DNA of 11,612 nt from Azolla caroliniana. Taxonomy: Eukaryota > Plantae > Polypodiophyta. The stretch spans positions 1 to 11,612 of the forward strand of contig JBHGNT010001145.1 of NCBI GenBank assembly GCA_043228905.1, given 5' to 3'. The stretch's first letter is position 1; each line of letters opens with the position of its first letter. A program made the translations under genes and the position numbers. The notes under the pieces are model-generated. The model was given only the letters and a program-made list of their open reading frames with translations, did not search any database and had not been told where the DNA came from. This document shows positions 1 through 7,074 of the stretch, one piece after another.

Positions 1-1
1 A

Positions 2-333
2 CATCTCATTCCTAAAAGTGGTGGGAGTGCCAATGGCATGTGGCGGCCCATAACTCTTCTCAATACTGTCTATAAGTTGCTTGCAAAAATCGTGGCACGC
101 CGTTTAATATCACTTCTCCCTCAACTCATTCATCCGTCCCAGACAGGTTTCGTTAGAAATCGGAGCATCCTAGACAACCTCTTCTTATTATGGAAATCAG
201 TAGCCCTTGCCAAACGTACCAACAACAAGATAGTGGTGGTGCTACTAGATTTTGAGAAAGCATATGACAACGTATGTTGGAACTTTCTAGAAAGTGTGAT
301 AGGGAAACTCGGCTTTCAAGAGACATGGATAAA
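2..333 (+). pseudogene. LINE ORF2 fragment 1: N-terminal part of the reverse transcriptase domain
   Basis: Frame 2 reads HLIPKSGG..WRPITLLNTVYKLLAKIVARRL..IHPSQTGFVRNRSILDN..LLDFEKAYDNVCWNFLESVIGKLGFQETWI. Similarity to non-LTR RT stops abruptly after ETWI. Confidence 0.92.
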
Positions 334-411
334 CATAACACAACGTGTGAACACACCTTTTGAGAATCCATGATTACTCAAAGGTCAAGAGTCACACCAC
401 TACTCTCTACA

Positions 412-458
412 CATTAACTATGTGTCATAGAATCATACTCTATGACACATAACTAATG
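412..458. repeat. Inverted repeat (hairpin) inside the LTR-like insertion
   Basis: TATGTGTCATAGA (419-431) is the exact reverse complement of TCTATGACACATA (439-451), with a 7-nt loop. It extends by CATTA/TAATG (412-416/454-458) after a 2-nt mismatch. Confidence 0.9.
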
Positions 459-544
459 AGTTACATATTCCCCATGACTATGAGTCTTCACATTTCCCAA
501 GAGAGAGTAATTGTTGTAGTTAGTTAATGAAGAGAGAGGGTGAC

Positions 545-554
545 TATATATAAA
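545..554 (+). promoter_or_regulatory. Putative LTR TATA box
   Basis: TATATATAAA is flanked by the 6-bp inverted repeat AGGGTG (537-542)/CACCCT (556-561) and lies about 225 bp upstream of the CA terminus. Confidence 0.5.
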
Positions 555-778
555 GCACCCTTCTCCTACTTCATACTAAGTCAGTTGTGACTCCTTGTTA
601 TGCTACATTTTGTAAATTTTATTCTACTTGTGAAATATACACCTTCTTCTTGAGTATTCTATTTTCCTCTCATTTATCTATCTTGAGTTCTCTTTTCTCT
701 CCTCTTTTTTCTCGCACACATATACGCACATAACGCACATCTATTCCGTTGCACAAGAATCACCATCGATTCTTTACA

Positions 779-2839
779 ATAGGACCGACAATAGTTGCGT
801 TTCACTGGTAGGTCAAAGGGGCCCCTTTTTCCGAATATCCCGATTTGTACGACAAGGATGCCCACTAGCTCCATTCTTATTTCTATTATATGCCGAAGCA
901 CTCTCTTGCTTTCGCAACTCGCTACATCTCAACCTACGTGGTCTTCCCGTACCTCATTCTCACCAAAGCATCCTGGATATAGAATTTGCAGATGACACCG
1001 CGGTCTACCTGCAAGGGGACTTGGCAAACCTCCATAAGCTAGAAAGTGGGTTAGCCGTATTTTGCAAGAGATCTAATGCCATGATCAATTGGCACAAATC
1101 CTGTGCAATATGGCTTTCTCTTGAAACACATCCTGCGTGGCACCCCCATCCCGCTTTCAAATGGATCAATCAAGGAGTGAGCACCAAATATTTGGGTTTC
1201 CAAATTGGTTTCAACATACCTTTGGAGACTATGATTGCACCCGTGATCCATTCCATTCGACAAAAGTTGATACATTGGAGTTTGAAAAAACTGTCGCTAG
1301 CGGGTCACATCATAGTGGAAAACTAGGTACTACTCGCAACAACATGGTACAGTCTATCATGTTGGACAATCTCCAAGGAAAGTATACAATAGATTCAACG
1401 ACTGGTACGCAACTACATTTGGTTTGGTAAGGAAGATCATGTAACTTGCGCCAAGGTGGCGTGGCCTATACTCACAACACCTAAGTCGAGAGGGGGATTG
1501 GGTCTTATTTATCCCCTTTCACAATCAAAAGCCTTACTTGCCAAATTTGTGGTGTGAGGACTCCAACCAGGAAATGTCTGTTGGAAAATGCTATTGCGGT
1601 TATGTTTCGCTTACTTTAGGCCACGAAAAGGGGTCAATTGGGCCCCCCAAACGGGATGGATTCTAAACATGAATCTCAAACCTAGTTTCTCCCGCCAATT
1701 GGAGGATAGATTCAGTGCATCCATGTGGAAGGCATGGTGTGACATTAGACGAGGGCTCAAGTGCGATCAACTGACATCCGAACCTGCTTGGCTTAGTCAA
1801 CGTATCCTATGGAACCCATGTATCAAGGATGAATCTAATCAACTATTGGGATCACATAAGGGGTTGTCATGGGGATACATTGCAGAAGGTCCAGGAAAAA
1901 GTATAGAAGGTCCACCACAAAATAACGCAATTCGAGTACTCGCGTATATTGGTCATAAATGGATTGTAGATCCTGATCCGATCAAAGTACAACCCGATTG
2001 GCACATGTGTACTCATGAAAACACATGGCTACGTACGGTCAGTTGGGACCCTTTGCAATGGACATGGCGCGATCCTTACATGGGGCAAGGAAGCAAACCC
2101 ATCCCTTTCTTCCAATTCACAACTAGATTGGGTCGCCACATTTCAAGTTCCTCACACAATTATCACCAAGTTTTGGTAGAAAGTCTGGAAACAACAACAC
2201 GTGAGGCGAATTACAACGTTCCAATGGCTATTAATAGATAAGTCACTACCGGTGGGAGCATGGCAACGTGGGAACCTTAGCTCTCCTAATTGTGTAGAGT
2301 GCCCAAATGCAATAGAATCAATACGACACGCTCTATGGGACTGCCCATTGTCCCATCGAATATGGAAGGGGGTTGGCCACTTGTTGCAATTATGCCAGGT
2401 GCAAGGCTCAATCAAGTGGGGAAATATATGTTGGCTATCATGGCAGACCGAGCATCAGGAGGAGGGGATGACTTTGGTGATAAACGCACAAGAGGTTTTT
2501 TTCTCCACCAACGGCAATGTCCACTCAACTCCTCTTAATGACAAATCTCAAGTTGTATTGGAATTGGTCAGCCCAATAACTCTTCGGATTCTATGGAAAC
2601 AACAGTGTAAACGGGTCTTCTCCAACCAAACCACACATCCAACAAGGTTACTGCAAGATATATGTAGTGAAATTGTAGCCACTCTAAAGAGCCAATATGA
2701 TGGCCTCAATGGCGGCTCCGATGGAGTCGAAAGACAATGAATAGCCTTCATCCAACAATGGTCGTCCTCTCCCTTTCTTGAGTCAGTGGGCATCCACATA
2801 AGATGGAACTATCGTGTCCCTACAGGGATTTGTACATAA
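779..2839 (+). pseudogene. LINE ORF2 fragment 2: RT core, post-RT region, zf-RVT/CCHC zinc knuckle and C-terminus; disrupted by stops and a frameshift
   Basis: Frame 1 from 781 reads RTDNSCVSLVGQRGPFFRISRFVRQGCPLAPFLFLLYAEAL..EFADDTAVYL, with in-frame stops at 1324, 1390 and 1555. It shifts to frame 2 near 2150-2165 (KFW*KVWKQQHVRRITTFQWLL..CVECPNAIESIRHALWDC), with stops at 2177 and 2738, then continues IAFIQQWSSSPF..RWNYRVP to TAA at 2837. Confidence 0.92.
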
Positions 2840-2885
2840 TAGTCTCATTTGTAAAATTGTATAACTTATGGGAGTTTTTTTTTGG

Positions 2886-2915
2886 AAAAAAAAAACAAAA
2901 CAAAATAAATAAAAA
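2886..2915 (+). other. Decayed poly(A) tail of the LINE
   Basis: AAAAAAAAAACAAAACAAAATAAATAAAAA starts about 47 bp after the ORF2 stop. Confidence 0.8.
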
Positions 2916-5256
2916 TATCATCTCATTGTGTTGACTTGTTTCTCACTCTAACTTACATTTATCTATTCATCAAAATTAGCTTATCACCATGAATCAAATA
3001 CATGGTAATCGCATGATAACTCAAGTATTATAACGTACATATATTCAGTTCTCAACCTTATCATCTGGTACATTTATTGAGGCTTTCCGGTCTTCTAATA
3101 ACATTACTTGTGAGGGCAATGTGAAATTACACATTACAAGAGAGATGATATTGTCCACTTATTCACAAGATTTTGTTTAGGTGTATATAAGGGTGCACAC
3201 GAATGAATATACACATAAATAGGGAGGGTTATGTATGGAGTTGACTCATGCAAGTTGAACTAAATCTACTTTACTTGAAAAGTGAATCCTTTGGGGGATG
3301 TGCCATTTTGTATAGCATGCACAAAGCCAAACCATAATGGTAGTGATCTTTTTGTTGGTTTTGATGAGATTGATATGTTAGTTTTTAATGTTGAGGCATT
3401 GTCATGGCACTAACAATGATCTATAAGTACAATATCAGATTTCCATTTTGAGCTTGACATAGAGTGAAGAACCATGCTCATGGTTCATGAATCACGAGAT
3501 CTACTATTTTGCACAAGTTGAACCTTTCATGATATATTTATCATTTTATTAGTTGCATCTTTTCACCCTCTGTCACGCAATGAATTCAATCAAGCAATTA
3601 CTTATACCTTTGTCTCCCCTCTCCATACTCTCATGCAAGAACTTTTATTGTTCATTGATTTTGTGTCTCTCTCTATTCTAATTTATCCCTAGGGCTTTAT
3701 TTCACTACTTTACTAGTTAAAACTATGATCTTCTATATTTGTGAGCCACATAAAAAAAAAGTTACAAAAACTTGTATATTATACAAGTTCGATTTGACAA
3801 GTATCATACGTTTGTGCTATGAAACTAAAGAAAATCGAGGTTTTCAAGATCCATGGGATACATGTTATCATACATGTTCAAGGGTGAACTTCTTGAATTG
3901 CATGGAAAATGAAGAATTATATTGCCCAAAAAACTCGTGCATCATCACTTCTAGCAAATGCTCACACATCACATCATACCCTTAAGTGAGGGTTTGTTCT
4001 CTTCCATATGTTTTCCCTTTATCCCCCTATAATATTTGGTTTTGTAATATAATAAGAAAAATATGATTTCTATAGATGAATTTAAAATGTATTGTGACTT
4101 CAAGGTGAGGTTTATGCATTGACATATAGGATAATAGCTAACTTTTCTTGTAACCTATGGAAAAAGACATCTTAGATTGTCTTAATAAATTGTCCTTGAC
4201 ACTTGTTTTTGTATCATTGAATCATTCGTTGAGCCTTTTTCTTTCAATTCCTACTCATTATGTTTGCAAACTCAATATTGTTTAACATTGATTTTTTAAG
4301 TTGAAATGTTGTACTTCACTTCAATGGAAGTTTTTCTTACAAATGTTTGGAGGCCTATTTTTGCTCTACCATTTTGACATGTCATTCTCCGTTAGGTTTG
4401 GGGTATATTTACGGACACATGCATATTATGTGTCATGTATAAAACCATATATTTACGAGGGTGCATCCCTAAACTTGTGTTATTGATTATATAACTAGCA
4501 AGGATGCAATAGTGGACGAGCATATTCACTATTTCATTTTTTTTCTTTTCGCATAGACTCATTATAGAGACGGGTAGATGGGAGTAAGTGACAATTGAGA
4601 GCACAACAAATGACCTATCTGACTACACATGTAGATGTAATATAACCTTGATCTTTGAGACAAACACCATTGTTTGTTTTGAGAGGGTTTTGCACCATTA
4701 GAATGTGTCATGCATTTTGAGGACTATAAGTGCTTGGGATTCTATATTATAGAACTTTAAGGATACATATTAGCCATGTTGAAGAATAGGACACCTTTGC
4801 ATCCATTGGAATAGAGTGTGGCCATTGACTTCAGTTCATCATCCTCTATATGCCATAGGTTGTACGATCCATGTAAGCCCAAGTAGAGTGCAAATGGCAA
4901 ACAAGCTAGGAAAATTAGAACATTTAAATACTATGAAGAGATCTAATGAATTCATGCTCAAGAGATGACTAAATTCACCTTGGAGAAGAATGAAACACCC
5001 ACTCCACAAACACCTAAGAGAACATACCATTAGGAAATATCATAGGCTCGAGCCAAGACTCCATCAAGCAAATTTGTACCAATATTTTGTTCTCACTTTT
5101 TACTCTTAGTTAGGTTTTGTTAAATTTCATTGCTCGAGAAGATGACAAGTCATAAGATGTTTATTGTTTTGTTTTCATATACTGCACTTGCACCTTAAGA
5201 GACATTCTACACATCATCTTCTTCTTATCCTTTTCCAAACACAAGACTATTGTTTG

Positions 5257-6654
5257 CAAGCATCTAGGTACCATTGGGGTGCAATTGGTTATTTTGATTC
5301 ATTCATGATGGATTGCATGTAGAGAGCAATATTTTATATTTAGCACATTCAGATGGTTGGACTTGGAATAGAAACAAAATTATGTGATGCATGATAAGAA
5401 TTGAGTGCATCCTTTGCCGACTAAAATAAGGGTTGCCCCATGTTAGTAATGGAAGGCAGGAAATTGATAGCAGACATATTTGAAAACAATGGATTATTTT
5501 TGTCCCTTATGACCCCATTTGTCCTATGTTGAATCCGTTTGCTCTTGAAATACTTAGAGGATCTCATTGATATTATAGAAATAGTCATTTTCTTGGAACG
5601 TTAAGTATCACAATGTTATATGAAATTTTGTAACAGAGGCCTATCGATTTGAGTTTCACTTCGCATTCTTATATTTTCAATGTTTGATATCATGTTGATG
5701 AAAATATTCAAGCATATGGATACCATTGGGCTCCATTTGGGTATTTTGATTAACTAATGATGGATTGCCAATGGAAAGCAAACATTTTATATTTAGCTCA
5801 TTTAGTTGGTTGGACTGGGAGCTAAAACAAAATTATATGATCTATCATAAAAATCAAAGGCATCCTTTGCCGACTAAATTAAGGGTCGCAACATTTAAGT
5901 ATTAAAGGGTGGAAATTGATAATAGACATACTTTAGAACAATACATTAATTTTGTTCCATGTGACTGTATTTTTCCTTAATTGGATTCTTTTATTCTTAA
6001 AATACATCTAGAATCCTATCATTATCATAGAAATAGTCATTTTCTGGAAATGTTATGATCACAATGTTATATGACATATTGTATCAAAGTTGCTTAGGTT
6101 CAACTCCCATTGCATATTCTTATATTGTCAAGAAAGACTAGTCTTACATTGCATTTTGTGACTGAGTTTTTCAGGGTTCGACTCCCATTGTATATTCTTA
6201 CATTGTGAAGAAAGACTAGTTTAAAAACTAACATCAAGCTAATGAAAACAATTACATTACATCTAGGTATCAATGGGCTCCAGTTGGGTAATTTGATTTA
6301 ACAAGGATGGACTGTTTGTAGAAAGCATTGTTTTATATTTAATGCACTTAGATGCTTGGAGGGGGAGCTAAGACTAAATTATGTGATCTGTGTAAGAATC
6401 AAATTTATATTTTGCCGACTAAAATAAGGTTTCCAACATTTTAGTATGGGAGATTTGGAGGTTGATAAGCATGTTTAGAAATGTAGGATAGTTTTGTCCC
6501 ATGTGAGTGTATTTCTCCTATATCAATGTCCTTACGTTTATTCCTATTGTAATCATACAAATAGTCATTTTCTTGAGATTCTATGCATCAAAATGTTATA
6601 CAACATTTTGTAATGAAGTTATTCAACTTCTCGTCCTACTACATATTTTCAAAT
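5257..6654. repeat. Three diverged head-to-tail copies of a ~450-bp unit (starts ~5257, 5709, ~6256)
   Basis: Co-linear anchors recur: TTTGCCGACTAAA at 5413, 5866 and 6411; ATAGTCATTTTC at 5581, 6033 and 6561; TTTTATATTTA, AAATTATRTGAT and AATGTTATA in each copy. Copy 2 is lengthened by an internal duplication and copy 3 has a small deletion. Confidence 0.92.
6097..6220. repeat. 46-bp direct repeat (6097-6142 and 6175-6220) at the end of unit copy 2
   Basis: GGTTCAACTCCCATTGCATATTCTTATATTGTCAAGAAAGACTAGT versus GGTTCGACTCCCATTGTATATTCTTACATTGTGAAGAAAGACTAGT; 42 of 46 positions are identical. Confidence 0.9.
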
Positions 6655-6694
6655 TTTTGGGAAAGGCTTGTTTAGAATTCAACATTAAGAAAAT

Positions 6695-7074
6695 GTGTGT
6701 TGGACTGTTCAAAACCAACGACGTGCCCATTTGTGCTTTTGGCAGAAATGGCGGAACACGCCTATGGTGACACAAGGAGAAAGTGGCCCGAGGTGGAACT
6801 ACCAACCCCCACGCTGGCTGTTTTTTACTCACCTGCCTCCCTCCCTTCGTTGTAGGCCCCAGGAATTGGCTCGTACTAGCCAACACTGAAGGGCACCGTT
6901 TTATCTACTTACATTAAGTAGTCAGTCCGAAAGGCTATGTAAGCAGTCTCATTTTCTTGAACTTTATCGGAGGGAGATTCCCCAATTTGTGTATAAGCCT
7001 CCTTGTATAGTGTTTTTGTAATAATCCATCCTAACTAATGGGAAAGTAGCTTCATTTTGAAAAGAAAAAAAAAA
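6695..7074 (+). mobile_element. 5'-truncated LINE (last ~60 codons of ORF2, 3'UTR and poly(A)), related to the LINE at 1-2915
   Basis: ORF 6695-6889 (VQNQRRAHLCFWQKWRNTPMVTQGESGPRWNYQPP) parallels the first LINE's C-terminus (VERQ*IAFIQQWSSSPFLESVGIHIRWNYRVP). Shared 3'UTR motifs are AGTCTCATTT (6945 vs 2841) and TAACTWATGGGA (7032 vs 2862). An A-tract lies at 7060-7074, and local GC is higher than in the flanks. Confidence 0.8.

Larger units (their letters stand above)
334..778 (+). mobile_element. LTR-like insertion (probable solo LTR lacking its 5' end) nested in the LINE RT domain
   Basis: A ~445-bp non-RT segment interrupts the RT between ETWI and (Y)RTDNSCV. It has TATATATAAA at 545-554, a CT-rich U5-like stretch (640-720), and ends GATTCTTTACA (768-778), an LTR-type CA terminus. 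No matching TGTAAAG 5' terminus or left TSD is visible, so the left boundary is approximate. Confidence 0.65.
1..2915 (+). mobile_element. Degenerate non-LTR retrotransposon (LINE, L1/Tx1-like), 3' part: ORF2 RT to C-terminus, 3'UTR and A-rich tail; 5' end lies outside the window
   Basis: RT motifs occur in canonical order: LIPK..WRPITLLNTVYK, QTGFV, LDFEKAYD (245-268), RQGCPLAPFLF (850-882), FADD (985-996), KYLG. These are followed by LSLAG..NQVLL, KVAW..KSRGGLG, a CCHC knuckle (2291-2344), stop TAA at 2837-2839 and an A-rich tail at 2886-2915. Confidence 0.95.

Noticed and set aside
153-2799. Alternative-frame and antisense ORFs over the LINE (153-371, 674-901, 795-995, 1051-1275, 1137-1430, 2152-2415, 2290-2538, 2548-2799)
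   Set aside because: These are shadows of the ORF2 reading frame and have no independent motifs.
3471-3491. Short palindromes ACCATG-CT-CATGGT and TTCATGAA
   Set aside because: They are too short to exceed chance in CATG-rich, CpG-depleted DNA.
3725-5030. Short ORFs 3725-3985, 4301-4486, 4392-4604 and 4839-5030; a CGH..HHP stretch near 4815-4850 resembling a RING or hAT remnant
   Set aside because: They are short, AT-rich and have no recognisable domain. The motif requires crossing a stop and a frameshift and lacks the other ligands.
6158-6200. tRNA gene at GGTTCGACTCCC
   Set aside because: No acceptor, D or anticodon arm can be folded.
5257-6654. Tandem units as duplicated exons or a CRISPR-like array
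   Set aside because: Stops occur in the frames I translated and substitutions show no third-position bias. The whole unit is homologous, so there are no unique spacers.
6900-6955. Hammerhead ribozyme (GAAA plus stems)
   Set aside because: There is no CUGANGA core on either strand in the required arrangement.
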